NCBI GenBank assembly: GCA_030704615.1
Contig: CM060732.1
Span: 51,522,001 to 51,586,000, forward strand
DNA length: 64,000 bases
Origin: Takakia lepidozioides
Taxonomy: Eukaryota > Plantae > Bryophyta
Direction: 5' to 3'
Shown: one piece after another, positions 36,101-48,852 of the stretch
Position numbering within the stretch: position 1 is the stretch's first letter
How the letters are laid out: the number at the start of each line of letters is the position of its first letter
Program-made: the position numbers and the translations under genes
The notes under the pieces: generated by a model
What the model saw: the letters and a program-made list of their open reading frames with translations, nothing else
The model's database searches: none
Told to the model about the DNA's origin: nothing

Positions 36101-38770
36101 TGGCTGTACACTTCTTTGATCTGCCATGTTACTGTAAATGGGGCTGGTTTCATGTTACTTAGACCAAGCTTCTGCCTTAATTGGTCTGTCATGATAATCA
36201 CTCCAGAGCCTCCATCAATCAGTACATCAGTTAGTTCTGTTCTTCCAATTCTCAATTGGATTTCTGGCATAGAATCATCAAAGTCCATGACTGTTTCTCG
36301 CCCTTCCGGCTTCACATTATAACTAGTCACCTTGCTGTTCAGGTCTGTGTTCCCTGTCACATGGGCAATTCGATTGATTGCTTGATACAGCCTGTGTCTA
36401 CAATAAGGTGCCATAGCCAATAGCTGTCCAATGGTAATCTCCGCTTTGGACTGGCATATTACTTCAGCCAAAGTCCCTTCATTACTCTGCATTTTTGCAG
36501 CTTCTTTCTTCCCTTCATCCTCACTCACTTCCTCTTCTCTTTCAGAATCAGAGGAATCTGCCATAGGAATATCAGTACTCTTCTGCATTTCCCTTATGGT
36601 ATCTGCCACTTCCTTGTGCAGTTCCTTCTCATCTCTCCAAGCCTCATATCTTCAGGCACATCACTGCCATCTTCATTATCATCACCTTCCTCATCTACTG
36701 GACGTATTATTTGGCTTTGCTTCTGGTTACTATCATTGTACTTACTTCTGGTACAACACATGGCCTAACCATGTGAGCTGCCACCACTGGCCCCTCATTC
36801 ACAGGAGCTCTCATCTCATTCTGGTGTCTGATCCAGAATGGACAGGCTGCCTTGCGATGTCACAATAGTAACACAGTTCTTCCCCATTAGGTCCTCGCCC
36901 TTGGTCTGTTCTGGGATTGTTTCTGTAATCCTGATTCCCTAGCTGGTAATTCCCCCTTGGATTACCCTGATAGTTGCCTCTGGAATTTCCTTGGTAATTC
37001 CCTCTTGGATTACCTCTCCCTTCCATGCCATTGTTATAACCACCAGGCCTACCATAGTGGTCTTGATCACTGTTTCTTCTTGGCTGGGGCTGCACTTGAT
37101 GCACCCTTACTTGCCTAGGTTCTCTTGCTGCTGTCCTTCTATTGTAGTAACAATTCTCAATAGAATGGTTATCCATTTTACAGATAGTATAGTGTTTCTC
37201 CTTCATGTGGCATTCAGTGGTGGTATGGCCTTCATTCTGGCATTTTGCACACCAAACACCCTTCCTCCAATGTGTTGCAGCCTTTGTGGCATACTTTTTC
37301 AAGATTTCTTCTAATCTTTTCTCATAGTTATCCCTCTTCAACTTTTCCTTCATCTTACTCTTCCTCTTAAGGTCTTGCTCTTCTTCCTCATTTGACTCAT
37401 CCTCAGAGTCCTCATCATCCATTCTCTCTCTCCTGAGCATTCCCAATTGCTCAATTCTGTTCGCTGTTTCAAATGCCTCCTCCACTGTATTATGGGGTAA
37501 CATATCCACTTTCTTTTGCAACTCCGGTCTTAGTCCACTCACAAACCAAGTCTTCTGTAAACCTGGTGCTGGTACAGCAGCCAGCTTTTTCATCATCAAT
37601 TCCATCTTTTCCATATACTCCTCAACAGTTTCATGCTTCTTTTGCTTTAACTGTTGTAAACTTCCATACACTTCATCCTCACTTTTACTTGTCCTGAACC
37701 TATTTCGGAATGTTGTATTCAAGCCATTCCAGGTTAGGAAATGATCATCAGGGAATCTTGCATACCATTCACTTGCTTTCTTGATAAGTGAACAAGGAAA
37801 CAATCTCATCTTGGCATCATCGCCATTCTTATTGTTCACTATACACATGTGCTCAAAATGGCTAATGTGTACATCGGGATCCCCTTTTTCCTGAATATAT
37901 TGGAAAATGTGGTTTTGCCCGTGTTGGTTGTAACGCCATCTGTGGCCCTACCTTCTGCCCACTAACAGGTGCTGACACCCTTGCTGGTGCTGGTCCTTGA
38001 GGACCTGTTGTAGTTTGTGGTGGATCTTCCACCATGTGGTGGCCCTGAGCACTCCCTGCTACTGGCCCCACGATATTCACAATATTCCCAGCTCCAGTTG
38101 CACTACTTCCCACACTCCCTGTCCCCCCAGAGCCAGATCCAGGCAGCCCGCCTGATCCCCCCGAGCCGACACCTTCGTTGGCATGTGATCCAAGTGTTCC
38201 ACTTGATCCAGGTCCAACGGGTTGGGATGTCCTGGTTGTAGTCTCAACCTCAGCTGTTGGATCTACTTCTTCATACTCTTCCTCTTCCAATTTCTTCTCT
38301 CTCTTTTCATCCTCCAAGTTCTGCCCTTCGGTTTCTTCTTCACTCATGTAACTCAACTGCAATGGTGTTGGAGAGTCTGAACTCTCCGTTGGCTCTGCCA
38401 CATCCTCTCCTCCTTCTTCACCTTCCGTTTCAGAAACTGGAGTTCCTGCTTTTGGTGTTCCATGCCAACTCTTATCAAAGATTTCTGTCAAATCTTTTAT
38501 CCAGGGATGTACCTCAGATCTTTCACCTCGTGGTTGATCTTCTTCCCGTACCAATTCCCTTAATCTTTCTTGCAAAGAAAAAGAAGGAGTGGCATCCAAC
38601 TCTAGTTCTTCCGGTATGGGTGATGTACTCTCTGATCTTAATGGTGTGAGAGGTCCAGATGATTCCCCTATATCTATTCCTCTCTCCCAAAGATATGGAT
38701 AATTAGCTTTCAGATAGCTTTCTCTTTTCGCTGAATATCTCTGGAGTCTAGCTTCTCTTTCATCACTCAT
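33110..38770 (-). pseudogene. gag-pol: gag-pol of copy D, with inverted RT core and deleted RNase H
   Basis: Gag and protease on minus 35410-38770; RT core on plus 34556-35410; integrase (HHCC, WGLDF, SDQG) on minus 33110-34530. Confidence 0.88.
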
Positions 38771-39378
38771 GTCTCATGTCTTTCATTTCTTTTAATGTGG
38801 CAATAACCAAAACTCTCTTCTGTAATATCTCTCGTATATGCCTGGGTTTCTTTCAAGCTTCAATGCACCCTTGGCTATACTAGAAGTCTCCGTTACCATA
38901 TAACCATATGGCAAACAAGTCTGGAAAGTTGTTCTTGGTGTGAGTTTGATCCACAAAATATCCTTTGGAATCCAATTCTTTACTAGTACAAGCTCCTCAT
39001 GCATATGAGTATAAACAATCACTTCCCTCTCCTCCCAGCCTTCAAACTCTACTCGCTTAATGGATAGCAATGCTATCACATAAACCAATGTTGGTAACCA
39101 ACGAGCTCTTCCTCTACAGGCCACCTGATAAATCTTTATCACTCCTTTCTCCAGACCCCACTCAGGGTCAGCATCATGCACTCTCTTAAGAATGTTTTCT
39201 TTACAACCGTCTGGCAATTCCAAGAACCTCTGAAAGAATTGTTTGGACAATCTTTCCTTCTCAGTTTCACAGGGAATTTGATTCACATCAAATTCTTTAA
39301 TTCTCCATCCACCATGATCCCACCAGATGCCTGTCACATCTGGGTTTCATGACCCAGTTCCCCGGTATGGTCGCCAAA

Positions 39379-40254
39379 TGTCGAGCGGCTTTTACTCACC
39401 CATCCCTTCGCTATCCGAGGTGGAAACTCCAAGATAGAAGAGTTGGATATCTCTAAGCACTCAGCCCGCTCAGTACAATCAGTCATGACCTGTAGCTTGT
39501 GAATCATGGTTGTGCTTCCTTTTTGTATTCTTTCCTGCCTTCATGTTATCAATTTACCTTACCGTGTATACTGAAGCATCAGATTGCTTCAGTATCTACT
39601 AAGTTCCAATTAATCATGCATTCATTCCACAGCTTCTCTCGTGTCTCTCTACACAGTATGTTTATATCGATTCAGTATCGGATTAAGATTAATCATGTAT
39701 CATGCCTAAGCCATGGTGTCTCTATTCTACCCTACTGTATAATTTTACAGCTTGCATGAACTAAGCCTCATTCAAGTCATCATCTCCTCTTCATTGTTTC
39801 CGCTCTCTGTTACGTTTCCTCCCCTCCTGAACAAGTCGCCCTCCTCAAGAAGTGATCCCCTTCCTGTTGCCGCTCTGCCTAATCTACCCGCAAGCTGTTT
39901 TGACCACCTAACTAACTAACCGTCACCCCTGAAGTAACACGTTCCCTCTGCAGATGTTGTTCCCACACAGTCGTTCCCTGTCAATGATAATTGTTCCCCA
40001 TAAATTGTGACAGGCTGCGTCAAGCTGTGCCGAGCTGTGACTGGCTGTGTAAAGCTGTGTCGGACTGTGACTGTGCGAAGCGAAGCTGTGTCGGGCGACT
40101 ATGACGGGCTGTGTAAAGTTGTGTCGGGCTGTGTAACCCCCCTAAAGCCTGCTCCTGCCACCCCTAAGGCTCCTGTTGGTCTCAGTCTGCGCAAAAATTA
40201 AGGGTATCCCACAGAACCCATAAAAGCATCTAAGTCCCAAGCAGCCCTCTAACA
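39379..40254 (-). mobile_element. 5' LTR (subfamily 2); PBS at ~39359-39376
   Basis: TG...CA ends; sequence closest to the LTR at 4636; directly abuts chromovirus pol sequence. Confidence 0.88.
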
Positions 40255-43228
40255 ATGATCTTTTTAACCAAATCCGGAGTGGTCATAGATGGCCGCAAGA
40301 GAGTAGTCACGCTACCGTGTGGGGATGGTGGCGAAGTTTTTCGAGTGTCGGAAACTCCCAACCCCGTGGGAGGGCGAATAAACATGTTGTCAGCCTTGGA
40401 GGAGCCACACGAGCTCCAGTTTTTGCTTTACGTAAGACAAGTGAAGGGAGAAGGCGATAGGGAGCCGAGCCCAGATTGGATCAAGGGGATTTTGGAGAAA
40501 TACCAGGATGTGATGCCGGAGGATTTACCAAGCGGCTTGCCACCACGAAGAGGAATTGACCACAAGATTGAGGTGATACCGGGATCGGAGCCGCCTGCCA
40601 AGGCGCCCTACCGGTTGAGCCACAGAGAGTTGGTTGAGCTGAAGGCTCAGCTCAAGGATCTAATATCAAAGGGGTACATCCGGCCGAGTAAGTCACCCTC
40701 CGGAGACCCGGTGCTATTCGCAGACAAGAAGGATGGGATGCTGCGGATGTGTGTCGATTATAGGGCTCTGAATAAGGTGACTATCAAGAACCGGTACCCT
40801 TTTCCAAGGATCGACGACCTCTTCGATCGGTTGGCAGGAGCGAAGTATTTCAGCCGGATCGATTTGCGCTCTGGCTACCATCAAATCCGAGTGGCGGAAG
40901 GAGATGAGGGAGAGACCGCATGTAGGACAAGATATGGTTCATATGAGTTCTTGGTGATGCCTTTTGGGCTCACCAACGCATCCGCGACCTTTAGCACACT
41001 AATGAACAGCCTTTTCCAGGAGTGGTTGGATGACTTTGTGATCGTGTACATCGACGACATTTTGGTGTACTCGAAAACAAATGAAGAGCACCTGGAGCAC
41101 CTCTTAAGGGTGTTCCAGAAATTGCGGGAAGGGAAGCTGTATGCCAAAGCCTCAAAGTGTGAATTCAGGGTCACAAAAGTGGAGTTCCTAGGGCATATGA
41201 CTACATAGGATGGGATCAAAATGGATGACAGAAAGGTGAGAGCTATCTTGGACTGGGAACCTCCGACTTCGGTCCCAAGAGTGCGATCCTTCCAAGGACT
41301 CGCCTCCTATTACCGAAAGTATGTGAGAAATTTCACCAAGATCGCAGGGCCGTTGTCGGACCTTCTGTGTAAATCCAAGGTATGGGTATGGAACACCTTT
41401 TGTGGCCAAGTTTTTGCCGAGTTGAAGCAGTGGATGGCGGAAGCTCCAGTCTTGAAAATTCCGGAGTTCGACCGTCCATTTGAGATTCATACAGATGTGT
41501 TGGACTTTGCAATTGGGGGTGTGCTCATGCAGGATGGACGTCCAGTGGCTTACGAAAGTAAGAAATGAATTGCCTCGAGCTTTGGCGCCACTATATTGGT
41601 TCCAACCCGGTGAAGGTGTTCACGGACAATGTCACGGTGAAGTATTTTGCCACGCAGCCTAAGTTGTCCCCAAAACAACTTAGGTGGCAAGACACTTTAG
41701 CGGTGTTCGACGTGGATATCCAGTACAAAGTGGTGGCCGATGCCTTAAGTAGAAAGCAGCAGCTCATGTTGGTGTACAGGGGCGAGACGGCGCTCCAAAG
41801 TCCGGAAGGCTTACCGGAAGGATGAGATGGCAAAGTCTGTGATGCAGGACTTGAGGATGGGGGTTAAATCGCAGTTCCACTTGCAAAATGGACTGCTCCG
41901 GTACAAGCAAAAGCGTCTCTATGTGCCGAAGGGAGGGATCAGAGATAGTCTCTTGAGAGAATGCCATGATGGCCCGCTTGCGGGCCATGGCGGAGCCAAG
42001 CGCACCACGACACTCTTGAAGAAAGAGTATTTCTGGCCCAAACTGAGGGAGGAGGCCGAGGAGTATGTCAAGACATGCACCACATGCCAACAAAACCAGA
42101 GCGAGTACAAAAAGCAAGCGACCCTTGCCGATTCCAGAGGGGTCTTGGGAAAGTGTCTCCATGGATTTCATGACTGCTATGCCGTTGTCAAAAGGATTTG
42201 ATGCAATCATGGTGGTGGTGGATAGGTTCAATAAAATGGGCCATTTCATCCCCACCAAGGAGATGGCAACGGCGCAGGAGACGGGGCGACTTTACTTTGC
42301 CCACGTCTTTAAGCATCATGGACTCCCGAAGGATATTGTCTCGGACCGCGATCCAAAGTTTACAAGTAAATTTTGGAGGGCACTTTGGAAGAAAATGGGG
42401 ACAAGACTCAAGATGAGCACTGCCTTCCGACCTACGACGGACGGCCAAACGGAAAGGGTGAATTCCGTGGTGAAGCAGATCTTGCGGAATTACGTGTCGG
42501 CAGACCAATCGGACTGGGTGGAGCACTTGGATGTGGCAGAGTTATGTTATAACAACACAAAACACTCTGCGACGGGAGTTTCCCCTTTCGTATTGGTCTA
42601 TGAAAAAACACCTCTGGTGCCGACAAGTTGGGCCGCCCAAGACGTTGAGGAACCGGCAGCAGCAGCGGTGCTGGAAGAACGCGAGCGTTTGTTGAAGCTC
42701 GCAAAGTACAACATTGCCAAAGCTAGGAAACGGTATGAACGCCAGGCGAATTGGAAGCGGAGGGAAGTTAAGTTTGAGGCAGGCACGGAGGTCTGGTTGA
42801 ACATCAAGAATTTTCGACTACCTCCGGAAATGAGTCCGAAGTTCGTACCTCCATATGCGGGACCCTTTCACATCCGGAAGGTTATGAAAGAGGATGTGTA
42901 TGAATTGGAACTGCCGGCAAACAGCAAGGTGCATCCGGTATTCCACGTCTCCCTTTTGAAGCCTTACTTCAAAGATGAAGCGCGTCCGAATCGGCATCAA
43001 GTGTTGCGTCCGCCACCTGTGCTGTTGGATCATGAAAATGAACCTGAGTACGAGGTAGAGGCAGTGCTTAAGTCGAGGAGGTTCAAGAATCAAGAAACGG
43101 AGTATCTCGTGAAATGGAAGGGCTATCATCATGTGGAGGCATCTTGGGTGCGTGCCTCAGAAATGGGAAACTCATCTAAGGCGGTTGCAGCTTTCGAAGA
43201 GCGACCTCAAAAGCGGAAGAAGCGTTGA
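40255..43228 (+). pseudogene. pol: Chromovirus (Tcn1-like) Ty3/Gypsy pol, 5'-truncated: RT, RNase H, integrase, chromodomain
   Basis: [47 protein letters not shown], and C-terminal YEVEAVL...YLVKWKGY...SW; in-frame stop at 41206 and RNase H deletions. Confidence 0.9.
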
Positions 43229-43262
43229 TGGCGACATCAACCTTGGATCGTGGGGGAGGAAA

Positions 43263-44870
43263 TGCATGCTTGCTTAGCCCGGCTTAGCTAGCTCAAGAAT
43301 CCGATTGCAAAAAACTTGTGTTGTACAAATTTTGTTATAAATGAAATGGTTTCCAAAAGTTGTGCGTCCTATTTTGTTTGGAATGGTGATGCATGGTATG
43401 GTTGGCTAGTGTGTAGAATGCATGCTAGCTTACAAAAGTGGGAGAGGTAAATTGGATTAATCGTGTGTTTGCGTAGTACCAAAATCGGGTGACTCCCATC
43501 CAAGGGGCAATGAAACTTGCGCCTTCTTTGGGAGTTCACGTGCTAGTGCGCACCTGGCGCGTGCGCGTACTATAACTGCGCTACCGAGGGGGTTGCCTTG
43601 TAGTGCGGGCTAACGCGGAAGCTAAGTACTTCCGTTCACGTACTATAATCGTGTAGCCTCGGGACAAAGTCGTAGTGTGGCTTCGGTGTGTTTCCCTACC
43701 TCAGGCCAGCATTCCAAGGCGGACCCAATTGTAGTGATTGGGGCGCACGGTTGGTTCAAGGTTATCTTCCTAGTAAAAAAGGGTTCAAGGTGAACCCTTG
43801 CTCAAGGTGATGCCAAAAGCGGCATCATGAGCGATCGCAAGCAATGTTGTTGCAGTAAAGCGATTCAATCCTCGGGGAGGATCATTCCTTGACCTTGAAG
43901 TAGGCCAAGAAGAGTGCACTGGGTAAAGCTTGAGAGGCTCCACCCTTGGCCGGGACTTGGTAGAAATTGGCCGAACTAGCTAGTGGAGAGTAGAGTCAAG
44001 TGGGGGTTTGGTTCTTGCCATGAGACGCCATGGTACGGAAACAAACTCCTTGATGTGGGACGCCACAACTTGGATGTTTGTTTCTACAAAATGGACAAGT
44101 CGATGAGGACATCGACTCCCTGTTAGTAGGGGTGTGTGTCGCGGCCCCTTTGCCTCGAGGGCAGGGGGTCGGGACACAAGAGGGGCTGCCCCTGTGGTGG
44201 GGGCAGTGGCAACAATAGATGCGGGGGCTAAAGCACCCTTGAGTGCCCAAGGCACTCAAGGAGGCGGCGGCGCTCACTAGGTGGAGCCCCGCACACCGGG
44301 TTGCGGTCGGGGTGGTCCCACGAGGGGTGGTGGTAGCTTAGTGGGACTTAGTGGGGGTGGCATAGGACTCACCATGGGGGCGGAGACCTTGTGGTGGGAG
44401 TCGTGGGGAGTCTTGGGACTCATCACGGTCCAATGGGGCCGTGGTGGGTAGGCCAAGACTCACCGCGACTCATCACCGGGAATCGAGGGTCTTCGTGGTG
44501 GTTCGCTATAAAATGGCATGGTTGTTTGTGAAACCCCCACGGACAGTCACAGAAGTATATATAGGGAGTAGTAACCCCGACAACGGTGCAAGCCCGTTGG
44601 CGACCAAAAACTAGTGAGTGAGCGAGCAAGCCGGAAAACGACCAAGAGTGGGGAGCTATTCCAGACTACCATCTACTAAAGGGAATTTCCACTAGGCCCA
44701 AATTGGTGGAGGGTCGAGTGGAAGAGTAAAAGGGGACCGTTATGTCCTGGTGAGCAGCCGAAGCTCCAAATTGGCCCGGCGGCCAGGTTGGGAGTTAGTC
44801 GCGCGCATCAAAGCAAGTAAGTATGACTTGAAGGGGAGCTTACCGAAGTGAGGTGCGCGACAAGACATGT
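43263..44870 (+). mobile_element. Probable 3' LTR of the chromovirus (PPT 43252-43262); right end uncertain
   Basis: GGGGGAGGAAA then TG; non-coding sequence until the CDC20 fragment; no second copy in the window to confirm. Confidence 0.5.
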
Positions 44871-44916
44871 TTTCCTTCAAAATATGACTTGCTAGAAAAT
44901 GTGTTTTGAATTGGTA

Positions 44917-45246
44917 GTACGGGTGAGAGATCATGTCACCTCCCGTCTGATAGGGCACAATCAGGAGGTGTGTGGCCTCAAGTGGTCACCGTCAGACCAA
45001 CAGCTAGCAAGTGGAGGCAATGACAACTTGCTCCACATTTGGGATGCAGCTGTCACATCATCATCACCTGAGTCAGCACTCTATCTACACAGGTTGGACA
45101 ACCACCAAGCAGCTGTGAAAGCACTTGCTTGGTGCCCCTTCCAGGCCAACTTACTCGCATCTGGAGGGGGTACTGCTGATCGCTATATTAAATTTTGGAA
45201 CACGCAGACAGGTGCTTGTATCAACAGTGTCGACACTCATTCCCAG
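44917..45246 (+). pseudogene. CDC20: Isolated exon-sized fragment of a CDC20/Fizzy WD40 gene
   Basis: [12 protein letters not shown]...LASGGNDN...[33 protein letters not shown]...DTHSQ; flanking exons not found in the window. Confidence 0.85.
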
Positions 45247-45257
45247 GTTGCTGGTTT

Positions 45258-46340
45258 GCAGATGTCATTCTGAAGGCTGCAGACACAAGCTGCACACACA
45301 AGAGGTTCTTTAGGATTGATGTTCGGTGAAATCCTCCATGGGTCATGACACAAGGTCAAGGACAATGTGGTGAGTGCTTCAACCTATTTCTGTCTGTTTT
45401 ACCCTCTCATATTGAACTCTGTAAGTTAGCTCGTTGGGTGGATCTGTGGTGGTTAGGAGTGACTTTGACAAGTTACTGCTGATGTGGCAACATGAAAGTA
45501 TCCAAAAACAGGTAAACAGAGATGAGGAGAAGTTGTGGTATGAATACTTTTCTGACCCCAGCCAATGGTGGGACAAACGAGGCAAAAAGGTGAATGCCTA
45601 CAGATTACCAGATGTTATTCTGAAGGCTTCAGGCACAAGCTGCACACACAAGGTATTTTAGGGTTGATGTTCGGTCACATCCTCCATGGGTCATGACAGA
45701 AGGTCTTAGTTATGCCACTTTTATTCCCTTACTTTAACAATCTTGCAGGAGTCTATCAATGGAAGACTGGTTTGTCTTCCATTGATCTGGTGAGGGCACC
45801 TTCTTCTTCAACCTATTTCTATCTGTTTTACCCTGTCATCAGATTCGGCCCTAAGATGCATATTGAACTCTGTAAGTTAGCTCGTTGGGTGGAGCTGTGG
45901 TGGTTAGGAGTGACTTTGACAAGTTACTGCCGATGTGGTAGCAGGAAAGTAACCAAAAACAGATAACATGGATGAGGAGAATGCACCTTCTTTACACATT
46001 TCACCCTGTTTTCCCCTCTTATGAGAATCTGCCCTAAATTTCCATGTTGAATTCTGCATGTTAGCTGGTTGAGTGAACCTTTGGTAGTTTGGAGTGACTT
46101 TGACATGATACAGCCTATGTGACAACAGGAAAGTATCCAAATTAAGCAGGTAATAGAGATGAGGAGAAGTTGTGGTATCAATACTTTTTTGACCCCAGTC
46201 AATGGTGGGACAAGGCAAAAAGGTGAATGCCTGTCAGATTACACAAGAAGTCCTTGTTTTACCCTCTCATCAGACTCGGCCCTGAGATGCATATTGAATT
46301 CTGTAAGTTAGCTCGTTGGGTGGATCTGTGGTGGTTATGA
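45258..46340 (+). repeat. Imperfect ~350-430-bp tandem duplications carrying a WWD(N/K)R (OSB PDF-like) motif
   Basis: Blocks repeated at 45258/45608 and 45377/45806/46255; EEKLWYEYFSDPSQWWDKRGKK at ~45523-45590, frameshifted copy at ~46160-46225. Confidence 0.65.
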
Positions 46341-46479
46341 TGCCTTGGACGTGGCAAACAAAATAGGTATCATCTAGAATGGTTCTTCTTGTTTGGAACT
46401 GGGTTGGTTTGAGAATGTCCGAACAACTGTTAGGCATAAAACCCTGAACTCATTTCTAGTTTGTGACATGGATGAGTGA

Positions 46480-48444
46480 AGGGCAGCCTTGCGTGTGCAA
46501 ACCTGGGAGCCCTGGAAAAGGAGAAAGAGGTCCATGATGAGATCGTCAGAGCTGGAATTGTAGCAAATGTCATTCTGAACACTGCCCTAGTGGACATGTA
46601 TGCAAAATGTCGGTGCATCTAGTATGCAAAGGGAGTGTTCGACACTATGACTGAACGAGATGTGGTGTCGTGGAGCGATGCTTGCAGGGTATGCACGGCA
46701 GGGACGTGGGATGGAGGCTTTGGAGACCTATGAGCAAATGATGGGGGAAGCACATCATGTTTGTGTGCATTTGCAATGCTTGTGCAAGCCTGGCAGCCCT
46801 GGAGAAGGGCAAAGAGGTGCATGGGGATATCATCAAAGCTGGAATTGTACCAAACGTCATTCTGAACATTGCCCTGGCAGCTCTGGAAAAGGGGAAAGAG
46901 GTCCATGGCGGCATCTTCAGAGCTGGAATGGTACCAAATTTCATTCTGAACAATACCCTGGTAGACATGTTTGCAAAATGTGGGTGCATCTAGGATGCAA
47001 TGGGAGTGTTCAACACTATGGCTGAACAAGATGTGGCGTCGTGCAAGCCTGGCAGCCCTAGAGAAGGGCAAAGAGGTGCATGGGGATATCGTCAAAGCTG
47101 GAATTGTACGAAATGTCATTCTAAACACTGCCTTGGCAGCTCTGGAAAAGGGGAAAGAGGTCCATGGCGACATCTTCAGAGCTGGAATTGTACCAGCTGT
47201 CATTCTGAACAATACCCTGGTGGACATGTTTGCAAAATGTGGGTGCATCTAGGATGCAAAGGGAGTGTTCGACACTATGGTTGAACGAGGTGTGGTGTCG
47301 TGGAGTGCGGTGCTTGCAGGGTATGCACAGCAGGGACGTGGGATGGAGGCTTTGGAGACCTATGAGCAAATGATGTGCGACGGGGTGAATCCCGACCACA
47401 TCACGTTTGTGTGCATTTGCAGTGCGTGTGCAAGCCTGGCAGCCCTGGAAAAGGGCGAAGAGGTGCATGGCGACATCGTCAGAGCTGGAATTGTACCAGA
47501 TGTGATCATGAACTCTACCCTGGTGGACATGTATGCCAAATGTGGGTGCATGGAGGATGCAAAGGGAGTGTTCGACAATATGGCTGAATGAGATGTGGTG
47601 TCGTGGAATGCAATGATCGCAGAATATGCACATTATGGTTGTCATAGGGAGGTCCTACAACTATTTGAAGGAATGCAAAAGAACGGCTTGAAGCAGTATG
47701 TGTTCTCTCTGCATGCAACCACAGTGGCTTTCTGAATGAAGGAAGACGCTACTTCGATTCCCTGATTCAAGATCATGGTGTCACTTCGACAGTATAGCAC
47801 TTTGGCTGCATGGTGGACCTTCTTGGACGTGCGGGACAACTGGATGAGGCAGTGGACCTGATTAATAAAATGCCAATCAATCCAGATGTTGTGGTGTGGA
47901 AGGCCTTGTTCAGTGCCTGCAGAATCCATGACAATGTAAAGATGGCTGAACCTGCCGCAACATCTATCCTCAAGTGGAATGAACAGGATGTCGCGACTTA
48001 TATTGCTATTCAAACATCTATGCTGCTGGCAGGTGGGTTGATACTATAAAGGTGAGAAGAATGATGAAGGTCAGAGGGGTTGAAAAGGAGCCAGGTCGCT
48101 GCTGCATTGAGGTTTGCAACAGGGTGCACACCTTCGTTGTAGATGACAAGTTGCATCCCAGAATTAAGGAAATCCATGCTGAGCTGAGAAGATTGTCTGG
48201 GAAGATGAAGGAGGCGGGGTATGTGCCTGACAGGCGCTTTGTATTGCATGATGCGGGGAGGAGGAAAAGGAATTTTCTCTTTGCCACCACAGTGAGAAGC
48301 TGGCCATTGGTTTTGGGTTGATCAGCATGACCCCTAGGACGCCTCTCCATCTCATCAAGAATCTTCAAGTGTGCGGTGACTGCCACACCTCCACCAAATT
48401 CATCTCAAAGATTGTTGGCCAAGCAATTGTTGTACGGGACGCCC
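46480..48444 (+). pseudogene. PLS-class PPR-E-DYW RNA-editing factor pseudogene, truncated within the DYW domain
   Basis: LVDMYAKCG, DVVSWNAMI, MVDLLGRAG, PG box (KEPGRCCIEV), HSEKLA, CGDCH, ending at IVVRDA; multiple stops, deletions and internal duplications. Confidence 0.92.
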
Positions 48445-48852
48445 ATCCGCCCGCGCTCTGACTTACCTGGCGGATGGAAATTCGGCGCCGGATTTCCATC
48501 CGGCCGCGCTCCGACTTACCTGGCGGATGGAAATTTTGCGCTGGATTTCCATCCGTCCACGCTCCGACTTACCTGCAGGATGGAAATTCGGCGCCGGATT
48601 TCCATCCGACTTACCTGGCGGATGGAAATTTTGCGCTGGATTTCCATCCGTCCGCGCTCCGAATTACCTGCAGGATGGAAATTCGGCACCATATTTCCAT
48701 CCGGCGCCCCTCTGACTTACCTGGTGGATGGAAATTTGGCGCTGGATTTCCATCCGGCCTCTCCTGGATGAGAATTGCTCGGGCGGAGGGAGGGCCTCGT
48801 TGCGTCATACTTCATCCGCTGGATAGAAATTCGGCGCCGATTTTTTCCATCC
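48445..48852. repeat. Second palindrome array GGATGGAAAT-N10-ATTTCCATCC, ~7 units at 53-bp spacing
   Basis: Units at 48472, 48525, 48578, 48620, 48673, 48726 and ~48820. Confidence 0.9.

Noticed and set aside
5393-40254. One intact LTR element with cognate LTRs
   Set aside because: No matching TSD and the two LTRs differ substantially; treated as chimeric.
46480-48444. Functional editing factor whose defects are only sequencing indels
   Set aside because: It also has in-frame stops, motif-scale deletions and duplications, and lacks the DYW C-terminus.
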